A stretch of 63,758 nucleotides of DNA, the filler included, from Klebsormidium nitens (taxonomy: Eukaryota > Plantae > Klebsormidiophyceae): the NCBI GenBank assembly GCA_000708835.1. It is 6 parts of 6 records of this genome, joined end to end, with 100 filler letters (N's around TTAATTAATTAA, not from the genome) between each part and the next. Parts side by side here need not be neighbours in the genome. Positions count along the whole stretch, not along the records: positions 45,039 to 62,254 come from DF237969.1; 5 more parts are not named here. The stretch is one strand, 5' to 3'. The notes beneath the pieces were generated by a model. That model was not told where the DNA came from, did not search any database, and was given only the letters and a program-made list of their open reading frames with translations. Below, piece after piece: positions 48,571 through 60,955 of this stretch; the first letter of the stretch is position 1; every line of letters begins with the position of its first letter. The position numbers and the translations under genes were made by a program.

Positions 48571-49111
48571 ATGGCGTACGGCAAGATCATCCCCGTCGAT
48601 CTTGCGTACCTGTGGAGGAGCGACATCATGAAGAGCCACATCCAGAGTCTGCCCCAGGAGTCAGCCTTCGACGCGGTCGTGCGGCAGAACCCTCGCCTGT
48701 ACGGCGCCATCGTGACGATCAAGCGGGCGTTCGACCGGGCGGATGGGGGCAACGTCCTGCCGTACACCGTGGTGAGACTAACCTCTCAAGCCTCTCTCTT
48801 CTGGTATGAGCCAATGTGCCCTCCCTCGCCAATCGCCAACGAGACTACAAGGACGTTTCCATCAAAATTCTCCCTCAGAAACATGACTGCTGCAAGCCTT
48901 CTCAGAACTCTTGCTCACCTAGATTGGAACAGATCAAAGTCCACGTCATGCTGGGATTATCACTTGACCCGAGTCAGGACATCATACACCTTTTCATGCT
49001 CCTGTGAGTCTGATTGTCCACAAATCCACCTATCACGGAACTCTGCAGGAAGAACCTGCCGAGAAGAAGCAGAGGCGCCAGGTGCCGTACAAGTCCCTCA
49101 CCTTCAAGTAG
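48571..49111 (+). CDS. Two-exon host-like coding segment (up to 87 aa) inside the 5' end of the TSD-bounded insertion
   Basis: Exon 48571-48771 (donor GTGAGA) and exon 49049-49111 (acceptor CTCTGCAG) join in frame. Codon usage is GC-rich like host genes and unlike the A/C-rich LINE body. The frame is also open upstream of the ATG, so this may be an internal gene fragment. Confidence 0.5.
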
Positions 49112-49219
49112 GGGACGACATTCAGGCAAGTGGCCCCCTAACATCAGGATCATCTAGTAGTGTAGTAACAGGCTTCATGACAATATATGTCCAGCCCGTC
49201 AATCCTCTGAGAGAGCCAC

Positions 49220-52200
49220 GTGACATGCGAAGAACTTAGAGTGACGTTGCCGGTCGCAGCAGATATAGTTCAATGCAGACCGACATACTCAGCCACGATT
49301 AATGCTGTTTGTTATAATTGTATTTGCCTAGTTAAAATCAACCTCATATATATGCATCATAATACCGGACCAGTTAAGATTCAATTGCAGACCGCCTATA
49401 GAAATACACACGAACGAGCTGAAAGCACATCTTGTGACGATGCCAAAAGTAATTTTGGACACAAATCGCATTCTCAGAGCATACAGTCAACTCACAACCC
49501 AACGACTTCTGCGCACCTACGCATAGACTGCCTATTCAGTGTACGACTCCGTACAGATCTGGCATATCCGTTCGGCTTTGTGCCCAATCCAAGTAATGAC
49601 TCCGTTACGCACATTATAACATGTTGTACAGTAAGCAGTGACTACAGCTGCACTTCGTGCAGACCGAACACATCAGTGATTGAAGAGATAGATCATAAGG
49701 CAATGGCACACGACAACTCTGACCTCCTCTTGCAATGTGGAGATATTCACCCTAATCCTGGACCAATGGTGCCGTCGGGTGCACACCGCAATGATGAAGA
49801 TGATGTTTGCCTTGATATAGACGGGCAACCTAGTATACGCATGCACGACAAATTAAACGTCATGAATTGGAATTGTCGGGGCATTGATAATAAACTAGCA
49901 GATCTTCCAGCCTTTTTCAAGAAACACGACGTCCATATTGCTGTCCTCACGGAGACTCGACGTACCATTGGGAAAAATAAGGTTGGTAAAACCTACACTA
50001 TCGACGGATACACTTTCCACTTTGTGTCATACATTGATATCTCACATAGCTCACATGCAATCACAGATACAGCAAAGGAGTGGGGTGTATGCGTCGCCGT
50101 GCGTGTGGGTCTTGCATACCAAGCTGTAAAGCTAAACGTTCAATCACTTGCCGCAAGAGTGATTCAAGGATCTCTGATCATCCCGACTAAAAGTGACAAT
50201 AGCATCACCTTGGAGATCATCGGAGTATATGCCCCAGCCAAAGAAGAGCAAAAGCCTGCCTTTTGGGAATCGCTAACGCTACATGTGGCCGAAACAATGA
50301 AATCACTTATTGACCAGCCAAATAGCCATTTGATTCTTGCTGGCGACTGGAACAGCTATACTAATGCTGAGCGCGACATCTATAGACCCTTGCTAGCAAA
50401 CGGCCCACAGCATGCGCAGAAGCCCACTAGAAAGTCAGACACACGCTTCTTGACTGGCCTGATAGCGGATCTAGCAGAAGAAAATCTATTCCTATTTGAC
50501 CCTATGGCACGACAGAAACTCACTGCCCATACAGCATACACTTTTGCGTCCAGTTCCCAACGCTTTCGCTCCATTTTGGACAAACTGTTCACATCCTTTC
50601 CCACCGACCACCTTGAAGACACAGTCATAGTTGACTGGGATCAGTATGACACAGTAAAACTCTCAGACCATAGAGCTGTCATACATCCAATCAGCCTAAG
50701 CTCGTTATGCGATGGATGGGTGGAATATCCAGACATACCGTTCAAACTCAATCCACTGATTGAACTTGATAAAATATCTAAGGAGCACCTGCAAAACTTA
50801 AAGCGGAGTATACAAAACTGGCGCTCTGATCTCCCCGCTGAAATAGCACAACATCTATTGCACGATACTGACCAAAATCAAACCACAATGGAAGCTCTCA
50901 CATCGGAACGCCTTGCAGAAATACACACACATCTAACCGACTTATTTGTGAACAGGGTTGGTCAAGCACTAAATTCGGGAGGTGACCAGCGACGCCGAAT
51001 CTACAAGACGGTTGAAACAGGCTTTGCTAACCATGTCATGGTATGGTTACATCGCTATAAAACCAGCCTCTCCAACCTATATGATGCAAGAGCTCGCGGT
51101 CGGCGTAGTCTTGACAAGGCAGCACGGCTCCAAGCAAGAAGCACATACTTGGACTTCCAAAATGAACCCCGATTGCGAGAAGCGCTCCCCGAATTGACAA
51201 CCCTACTTCCACGAGAACCCTCCGGGCTTCGATGGACCGAAGGAGACTGGGTCCGTCACTGGACGCTCGTCTGTCAACTGCACTTCAAATGGAAAAAAGA
51301 ATATGACGTACAACTTAGATCAGCAAAGAAATCCGGGAAAGAAAAGATCCAAAAAGAAACCTTTGCCACAGGCATAGGCTCCAAAGCCCGTCGTGCATAT
51401 CACCTGACACACAAAAACGCCAGCTCTCCCTTACCGGCCATGATGAAAGATCCTGAACTACCGCAAAAGATGATAACTGGCCATGCAGTGAATGAGTATT
51501 GGGGCACCACAGCCGCGGCCACCCGCCCAAACATTATGACACCATGGCCCATAGATGGCCCCGTCCCATCCTGGCTTGACGCCTCAATATGGAAGGAGGA
51601 GCGCCAAAAGATTAAAAGCGCAGATATTGATATGATGGCACCAATCACAAGAGAAGATCTAAGAGAATTTCTCCAAAGCACGGGTCGTTCCTCACCTGGG
51701 ATAGATCGAATACAATACGATGTACTCAAATACATGTGTCTCAATGAAGCCCTCAAGGACTTCGATATAGAAGGCATACTTTTAAGGTTTCTGAACACTA
51801 TCCTCAGACAACAACAGATGCCGGCCTCCATGAAACAAGCCTTCCTTATCTTTATCTACAAGTCAGGCGATCCCCTCCAATTCAAGAATTATCGTGGGTT
51901 CAGTCTACTTAGCTGTCTTTTTAAAGTCGTCACATGCTCACTCAATAACAGACTTCAACGACTGCTTATAAAGACAGGAGGCCTGGACCCTAATCAAGGA
52001 GCGAATCGTAGGGGCATCCATTCTGCACACAAAGCTGCGGTAGTCATGAACATCATCGCAGACGCAAAATTAAATAAGAAACCCCTACATATCATATACT
52101 CAGACATAAAAGGTGCGTTCCCCAGCGTCCCATACCAAGCTTTTACAGATGCCCTCACTGCCCTTGGACTTGACGGTCCCTTCCTTGCCCTGATCAAGGA

Positions 52201-55200
52201 TACTCAACATGAATTTACATGCACAGCTCGCGGGCCTACTGGTCTCTCCGGCCCTCAAGCCAAACACAATGGAGTCCATGAAGGAGATTGTCTCAGCCCC
52301 ACCCTGTTTTGTTTGGTTCTAAACATGTTCTTCAAATGGCTCCACTCACGAGATCTTGGATACGAAATGGAAAGCCCTCCTCAATCTCCACTTGATCTGA
52401 AAATAAAGGTACCGGTTAATGGCTATGCTGATGACATGGCACTCATAGCTAACTCCTATAAAGAAGTCACGGACATTTTTGAAATGCTCGAACATTTCCT
52501 CGTATACTACGGCATGGAACTGAATGCAGACAAATGCGGTTACCAATACATGGAGCAAGGAGAAACTCCTCCTCCGACAGCCCCACAGAGCCGATGGGGA
52601 GCGATTCCAATACTACATGGTAAAACTTCATATAAATACCTCGGTTACTACATCAACATGGCCCTAGACCTCAAACAGCAACGTAAAGAAATGGTAGCCA
52701 AACTTCGTAGCTCCTGTGCTGAATATATAAGCCGACAGAAAGAACGCATGGCACTGCATGAAGCCATTAACTACGTCAACTCCGATCTGGCCAGCAAGTT
52801 GCGGTACCGGATGTATTTAGTAAAGTTCTCTAAAACCGACCTTGAACAATTTCAAAGACTACTTGCTAAGACGGTTAAGTGCCTGGCAGGCATCGCACAA
52901 TCCACCCCCACGGACCTCCTTATTCACCAGGGACTATACCACATCCCAACACTACAAGCAAGCACACGTGCAGAATTCATGCAATCTGCACTTCTAAGCG
53001 TGGACCAACCATGCCAAACAACTTCGCGCATAAGCTACTCTTATATCAGACATAACGCACTTGAAGGTACACCACCCTTCTCTTGCACTGGTCGTAGAAT
53101 GGCATGGCCAGAAAGGAAGTTTTCCCCACTGTTCTACGGGGTGCGTGAACACTTGCAAAAAGTCAACATGTCTCTGCTGATTCATTTTGACACCTGCATC
53201 GACCTTCAAAGCCGAAAGATCTGTGAAACACTAGCACCCATAGCCTACAAGTATCGTCACGAACTAAGTGCCTCCGGAAAATTCATTGAAACACATATAG
53301 TTCGCCTATTCAGCAATCTTACAAAAGCCAAACTTACTACTCTCGATGACATATCCCCCCTATTTGAATTAAGCATTGCAGATAACCAGCAAAACTGTCA
53401 ACCGCAAGAACCCTGGCAAAAACAGAAGGGTCGCGCTACGGCGTCTGCAGTGGATCTGATTGAAAGAAAGCTTATCAGTCCATTCACGAGGCCCCTACAC
53501 CATGATCTCAAAATTCCATCGGCCAGCATAGCACAAATGAAGCTTCTAAAACTATTAATACAAGTGTATATTGAAAGTCTTCTATATCCTTACTCTAATA
53601 TAATGCCTGCTCATAATGAAGAAACGGCGGACATGTGGGGCATCTACCCCAAACACACTATCTCTACTTCCATAGCGTACCCTGACGGTAGTGCCAACAC
53701 GGAAAACACAAAAGCAGGGTTCGGAATCTACTTCCCTGAATTGAGTTCAGACGAGGCCTATAAAAAGATCAGCTCAAGAATACCGGGACACCAAACTATT
53801 GCCCGGGCAGAGGCCTTTGGGATCCTCGCAGCCCTGATGTTAGTAAAACAAGATCACGATCTCACCATCTACTGCGATCGAAAACCATTGGTAGATCAAA
53901 TCAACAAACTTACAAACCGGCAATTAGAGTCGCATGTCATCAGAAAGATTAAAGATCAATCGCTCGTGATGAGAATAGTCAATGAAATTACTGAGCGCAG
54001 CGCGCGGACCACAATCCAACATGTTAAGGCCCATATCATCGTGATAACACAAAATCATCTCAATCACACGACGTGCAGATCGTACTCGATGAGAATGAGC
54101 AACATCAGGAACACAACAAAATTGTGGACGCTCTTGCTAAAGATTCGATTAATGGCGTCGAGGAACCCCCGCTGATACCGGATGAAACAAAACATCTTCC
54201 TGAAGTAACCGTGACCCTTGACAAATACGGCACCCCGTTCCGGAAATTAGGACCCATCTTTGAAAATAATCCGCTTAAAATATACCAACAAGCATATCGC
54301 GAGTCTCGCCAAGTCTATACCTTCAGAGGGAAGTGGCACCACAACCTATTTAACCAGGAAATTTGGCTCCCACCCACGGAAAGCATCCTGCGAAGTCGGA
54401 AAGACCACAACCTCAAAAAATTTATGGTCCAGATTCTTGGCCGTACACTTCCCACCTTCTACAGACTTAACCAAATTCGGCCTAAGCTCTTTCTTGACAA
54501 CCTTTGTGCTGCGTGTAATCAAAGCACAGAGGAAAGTATTGAACACATCTTCTATCACTGTCCCACGTGGAATACCCTCCGCCAAAAAGTTTACCTCGAC
54601 TGCGTTCGAATCTGCAAAACAAACCGACTACAAGCATCTCAGTCTGAGACCATTGACTTCATCAGACAGAACTTCTTTGTGACGCAGCACAACGACGGGC
54701 GAAACATCTCGGCTGGGCAAATCTCCGAAACGACACGAACATGGTTGTTACAGCGAGTTGGCGCTTCCAAAACTCTCTCGCTTCGAATTGCTAAAAAACT
54801 CCACAAATGCCTTGTTTCTGGTTTCAAGGAAATTTGGAACACAAGATGCGATGAAATGCGAAGAAAACATTTGCTCTTCAAAGACCGTATGAAGCTCTTT
54901 AAATCACAAAAACCTCTCCACGAGATGACCGAAGATGACTACGTCCAATTTGCCGAATCATGGTGGGCACCTGAACGCTCTCAAACAAAAATTCCCTCGC
55001 CGACCGAGGCTACAATCCAACCAAAACGTAAAGCTACAGACACAACTTCCCGTTCCACTAACCTCGAGACACACACTACCCTCCCTCCACACGAAACAAA
55101 AACCATCGTCAGGCAAACACCACACGCCAACATACATTGCCCCAGTACTGCAACTGAAGCGCGGTACGCTGACAACGATTCCGATGTCCCAATTCTTGAA

Positions 55201-56193
55201 CTTGCGACAGAAAGGTTCCGCAAGCGGTACAAACGGTTGGCTTTTCAAGCAGACTCCTCAAGCATCAATCCAAACTCTACGTCAACTGCTCAACAACCAT
55301 CATCCAACATGTCAACCTTGGGGCACCGCATAAAGACTTCCAACCCACATAACGTGAATCAAACGTTACCCACTGGTCTTAGAAAATTGCAAACATCAAA
55401 ACGAATTCTACCGACCTTCATCACAGAACAAACAATCAAGCCTCCAAATGCGCCGCAAGAACCAGGTGCTGAGATGAGCAACCCCGACCGTGACCCATCA
55501 AACACACTCAAATCCGTCTTATCTATGCCCTCTCTGGGGAAAAACGTACGCACGCCTTTCAAGATAGTTGCTCCCACAATAAAGAAACATTCTGACCTCA
55601 CGGAGACAACACAGATCACATCGACCAGCACACACAATCCTGTATTCACGTGTACAACTCAGAGTGGCAAAAAGCGATGTTCATCCTCGATTAATCAAGC
55701 CACCCAAATCCAACCGAAACGCCACTGCCATACAACACTTCATCCTCGAACAGAAGACCCACAAAATCTGATCACCCTTGCGTCTCCGTCAATACTGTAT
55801 GGCAAATCCCTACTTTTGAGAAATAAAAGGAAGCAAAGACTTGGCCACGATAATTTGTCCCCACAAAGGAAAAAGCAAGTAACGTCCGCAACCAACAGCA
55901 TCACTATCCCAACAAGGCCGATTGCTGACCTACCACCACGACCAGCTAGGTCTATACCAACCTTACTCACTGAATATACCGCTCCACTCCACAACCGCAG
56001 CGTCCTTAGATATGGCACGGGCGCAGTCAACGCCAAAAGAAAACGGTCTACTAGAAACACCCACCGTATAGGGTGGGTGCAAGCCCTCTTACCTTCTCCC
56101 CTCCTCCCCACTGGGGAAAGAGTGGAGGAGACCAACACCGTGAACTCGAGACCCCAACGCTTGCGTAAGCGCCCTGCGCGCTACCAGATTTAA
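49220..56193 (+). CDS. LINE polyprotein: 2A-like peptide, AP endonuclease, RT, RNase H, zinc finger and long low-complexity tail; one frameshift at ~54035
   Basis: GDIHPNPGP. APE motifs NWNCRG, LTETR, GVYAP, AGDWN, LDK, SDH. RT motifs SPGID, DIKGAF, EGDCLSP, YADD, YLG. RNase H motifs PDGS, QTIARAE, YCD, HVKAH, and N..VDALAK in the second frame. Zinc finger CAAC...EHIFYHC. The true start codon is uncertain. Confidence 0.92.
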
Positions 56194-56464
56194 ATAGGCA
56201 TTTACCATGGGTTCAACGAACATATTGGATTTCAGTCCCTCGAATCCTAGTCACTATTTGCGATATCGCGTATGCCAGTCAGCAGCTTCCATCTGACGAA
56301 CTGCTTGAGGCCAGATTATTGAGAAACAAAAAAAAAAAAAAAAAAACTCAAAGCTCCACATTGCCGCTGATCATTGGTGGTGGCGGCCATGAAATGCGCC
56401 ACTCTTTCGCTGCCCCTTTGCAGTGCCACGCCTTTTAGCTAGGGACTTGGTCGCATCTTGTAGC

Positions 56465-59400
56465 ATGGTGTCCGCCAGGGTGCTCACTCTTGAGGCGCCC
56501 GCGCTCGCTGGTGTGCAGCTGTCTCCCTGTGAGTCTGCCGGCAGGAGCCAGCGCACTCCTGCGTCCTGCCTTGTGCCCAATGCGGCAAACCTTGGGCGTG
56601 GCACAAACTCCTGCCTGCCCTTCGAGGGGAAATGCAAGCAGGGAGCCAGGCTTGCCCTGAAGCGCAGAACGGTCACTCTCCTAACTGGTGAGTTTGTGTT
56701 CAGGACCTGAGCATTTAGTTCTCTAGTGCATTGGGGTGCGCGCATCCACTTCACAACCTGGCAAACCAGCGCCAGGTAGCTGCCACCAACTAGACAGCGG
56801 GCTGCATGATATGTTCCAACTTTTGACCACTCCTCTTTCTTGGACGTGTGTTTGAGGTTCCAGATACACTTGGAGGATGCCAGCTTGCACCACCGTGAAT
56901 GGGCTGAGGATACCTTGGTGAAACCTTGCTAAGCAATGGGCGCACTCATTGAGATGAGCAGCTTCTGAAGTTGTGGGCAGACAGGCGTTGCCCACGAGGG
57001 TGCCACGCCCAGTTGCTTCAATCTGGCTAATGTTTGTACCCTGCACGGTGCTTAGGCCATAGTCGCCAGCATTGCACTCGGCAGGCGTTTGCCATGCTGA
57101 GCTGCACTCTGCACACCGCTAGGAGGAAGCACGCAGTGTGCTTGAGAAACATTGAAGCAGAATATTGTTGTCGGCTTGTCTGGAGTGAACCAAACTGCCA
57201 GTCATGGTCCCCAGTCCTTGGAGTAACGCAGGATGGTCCTTGCAGGGATGGGCCTCTCCGCCATGCCCCCACCTGCGCGCGCCTCTGCTCCGGTGGCGGC
57301 TGCCTCCGCCAATGGCAGCCACTCGCTGGAGGTGCGCCACAAGGACCTGCTCGTGGTGGGGCCGGGAGTGCTGGGGACGCTCATCGCACAGCAGTGGTTC
57401 AAGGTGGGGCATGGGGGGGCTCCCGTTCGGCCACTCTCGGGTGTATGTTTTTGTATCTACCTAGTTTGGAGTGGACACCAACTCATCACGTGAAGCCAGC
57501 TACTTTGAGCCAGTAATCGCTCATTAGCACCCAGTACGAACATTAAGCCCCAAGCACGATCAACCGCAATGACCACCCCAGTTGCACTAACCCCCTCCTT
57601 AGAGCAGTTTAGCCCTGAAAGCAAAGCGCCATGTCCGAAGAGACTACTGCCCTTCTCAGAGGAGAATCCTGAAAACATTCCGTCACGAAAGGCAACACAC
57701 GTATGGTTGATCTCGATTCTGCCATAGTGCATCAATCTTTTAGAAATCTCTAAAGTAAGCTTTCTGCTTAATTCAGATAACATACAAGAGAGCCGGTTCA
57801 AATCTAGACACGTTCTAGAGTGTTTGGGATGGTTTAACCTCACACTTCAACTGGTCGGATCTGAGCAAGCCTTTTATCTCAACCAACGGATACTACCAAG
57901 GAACTGAGGGTCAAACGCCGTTCAATCGACTGCTGCCCTCGTCTATCCACAATCTGGCCCTCCCACCCACCTTATGCGTCCCGCCCCCACTCCTGTCCGC
58001 AGTCCCACCCCGACGCTGCGGTGGTGGGGCAGACCAACACGACCAACGCGCACGAGCGGCTGCGCTCCATTGGGGTGCGCCCTGTGGTGAAGGACCTGGA
58101 CGACGACGCCCCCCAAAAGTTCCCTTACGTTGTCTTCTGCGCACCACCCTCGGGAAGTGAGGACTACGCTGCGGAAGTCAGGTCAGCACGTTCAGCTTGC
58201 TACAGAGACTGTGATCCATGGGCCTGCCATGTGATTTCAGTTGACGAGCTTCATACCGCGTCTGGTGATGTCAGACAAAGTGTACCTCATCTTGAAGCAC
58301 ATAGTCTTATCGTCAAGGAACGGGGTCGGTCCTGTTGACCAAAGAGGGGCTCATTGTAATAGCGGAGCAAGTGACGGGCTCACTTGCTTCCATTTATCCT
58401 TTGATGCCAAAGCCTATCACCTAATAGACCGCGAAACAAAAGTCTGTAGTGTTTGTGCTTTACGAAGTATCGTTCGTCGCAGAATATACTCACTCGTCCT
58501 GGCTCACTGCGTTGGTGCAGAGTTGTCGCTACTCTACTCAAGGTAGAATGAAAATCCGAAGTGTCCGCATGGTCTTACACCAAAATCCTGATTAACTTGC
58601 TGACGCTTTTCGATAGAGGCGTTTACATTTCACCCCTCTGCATCGAAAGGCCCAGCAATCAAACAGTAGTCAGCTGCTCAAAGCAGACGCTGGCGTGACC
58701 TTGCAGTGCTGCGGCTGCGCGGTGGGACGGCAGTGGTGCGCTGCTCTTCACGTCCAGCACGGGCGTGTACCCGCAGGACGACGGCAGCTTCGTCGACGAG
58801 GTGCGGCGACTGGCACACCCCTCACGAAACGAGCCTTTCAGGAAGCCTCCAAACGGAACTCTGACCTGTTCGACGGTATCCGTGTCCCCTGACAGATGAA
58901 CGATAAGGATCATCGAAGGGCCAGTAGGCTTTCCGAAAAGATCACTTCGAACCCCACCTTAGGGAGAAACGTCCCCGAACGGTTCTGTTTAAACGAGAAA
59001 GAGTGCACGATGCGAAGCACCTTGCTTGTGTGACTCCCGGATCCGGCAGCTGCGACTCCTGCTCCATGAACGCGATTGCTCGCGCAGGACGCCAGTGTCG
59101 CGCTCAAGTTCTCCTACGCATCACATATGTCTCACTTCGGCAAACGACCCTCGCCTGTCTGGCATTTTACGACAAGTTGCGAAAGACAAAACAGTCGAAT
59201 CCCTGTTTTTTGGCTTACGTTTCTGCTTGGGAGCAGACCTCCCCCGCTGCGACGCCTGGCGCCAGCCCGCGGCTGGACCGGCTGCTGGCGGCAGAGGCGG
59301 CGGTGCTGGGCGCGGGGGGCTGCGTGGTGCGGCTGGCCGGGCTGTACCTCGCGGACCGCGGCGCGCACACCTTCTGGGTCACGCGAGAAACGGTGCCGGG

Positions 59401-60955
59401 GCGGCCCGACTCGTACGTCAACCTCATACACTACGAGGTGCGCCCTCTCGCACGAAGAAGGGCTATAAAGAATGTTGGATTCTAAGTCAGAGGTTTGGCG
59501 AGGCAGGCGATGCGGGAAGAGCGGGAAAGGGCCGTAACGCAAAGGGAGTCGTCTGCGAGAACTCGTCGGAGCATGTCTCAGGCTCGATACTGTTCCTGAC
59601 CGATCTCGTCTGGACGCTTTGTCTGTTGCCCGATGATACCTGGTTGATATTTCAGCTGCTCTTGGAGAAGTGTTCCTGTGATACTCGTTTCTGTTCGTGC
59701 ATGAGCGGATAATGCTTCACTCTCTCTTTATCGTCGGAGTCACCCGCTCAGGCCTCCTCCTTGCGACAAACGACGCCCTTCGCTGCTGCACTCGGAGCTT
59801 TCAGGTCCTCTCGCGCGTCGAGCTTCAAGGCTTGACGATGATCAAGTTGGCACGCTCATCTGAAGAGCCTCCAGCCGTCGCACCGTCCTGTTTACACCCG
59901 TGCCCCGTGTCGCAGGATGCTGCCTCGCTGGCGGTGGCCATTTTGGACGCGAAGCCTCGGGGCGAGACGTTTATGGGGTGTGACAACCACCCCGTCACTA
60001 GGTACGCCGTACACTGCCCAGATATCACATCCTGGAACCGCTGTGCTTCCTGACCCTGAGTGCCTCTCTTTAATGAGCGCCCGAGTGATGCGATGTTGGT
60101 GGGGCCCGTGCGGGACATCCGGAGGGAAGCTGCCTACATTTGCTGAGAGGTTGTGTGTTCGCTCTGCTCAACAAAGTCATGATAGATGGCGTCGGCCCAA
60201 CTTACGAACATGTTCCGCAGCAAGTTGGGCACGAGAAACGCAAAGAAACTCGCATTTTGCCGGAGGTTGTCTTGGACGTTCGTATTCCCACCTTGCTATC
60301 CCTCTCCCGTTGTTAGCTTTTGCTTTCACTCGAACCCCAAGAGCATTCAGCTTTCAGCAGCGGCACCATTTTGGCGTTGCTCGCTGAGCGCTCCGCCCGC
60401 CGCCGTGTGCAGGCAAGAGATCATGGACATCGCCCTCGAGTCGGGCCACTTCAAGGGGCCGTTCCGAGGGTTTGAAGGTGCGCTCCAATCTTTCAAAGCG
60501 CTGCTGGAAGATGACCGAAGTGGAAATTGGATTGCCACGGGTACCTCAAGAGGTTCTCAGTTGCATGCATTTCTGAGCGGGTACTCGAGGGCAGTAATAG
60601 TGCGTCGGAGCTTTAGGCTTTCGTACCAAGGGCTCCTGCTTACAGCGCTGCAGTCCGAGACAAAACCGTATACTCCTTTTCTCTTCGTTGGCCCTCCTTC
60701 CGAAGTCCCGACAAGAGTGATATGTGCGCGAGGGCACGCCTTGATGACGACCTGCCACTTTGCCCAATAGATTGACGTCTATGCCATGCTGCATGAGATT
60801 GAGGCCTGGCTTGTGGTGCAGGCAAGGAGGGCGGCCAGGGGAAGAAAATGCACAACGACCTGACGCGGGCCAAGCTGGGGTGGCAGCCCCGGTACCACAG
60901 CTTTGCGGACTTCTTTGAGCACTATCAGCCAGCAAAAAGCGAAGCGAAAGCTTAG
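56465..60955 (+). CDS. NAD(P)-binding Rossmann-fold protein (atypical SDR; resembles Arabidopsis At2g39080), plastid-targeted, ~8 exons
   Basis: LLVVGPGVLG, VGQTNT, FPYVVFCAPPSGSEDY, LFTSSTGVY, VVRLAGLY...RGAH, NLIHYE^DAASLAV, GCDNHPVTR, LGWQPRYHSF, all joined by GT-AG introns. Confidence 0.9.

Larger units (their letters stand above)
48545..56346 (+). mobile_element. Non-LTR retrotransposon insertion bounded by a 15-16 bp target-site duplication, with a poly(A) tail
   Basis: CTCAAAGCTCCACAT occurs at 48530-48544 and at 56347-56361, directly after A19 (56328-56346). Confidence 0.9.

Noticed and set aside
48160-49239. 359-aa + strand ORF from the track
   Set aside because: It straddles the LON 5' region, the TSD junction, an intron and LINE sequence; only 48545-48771 looks coding.
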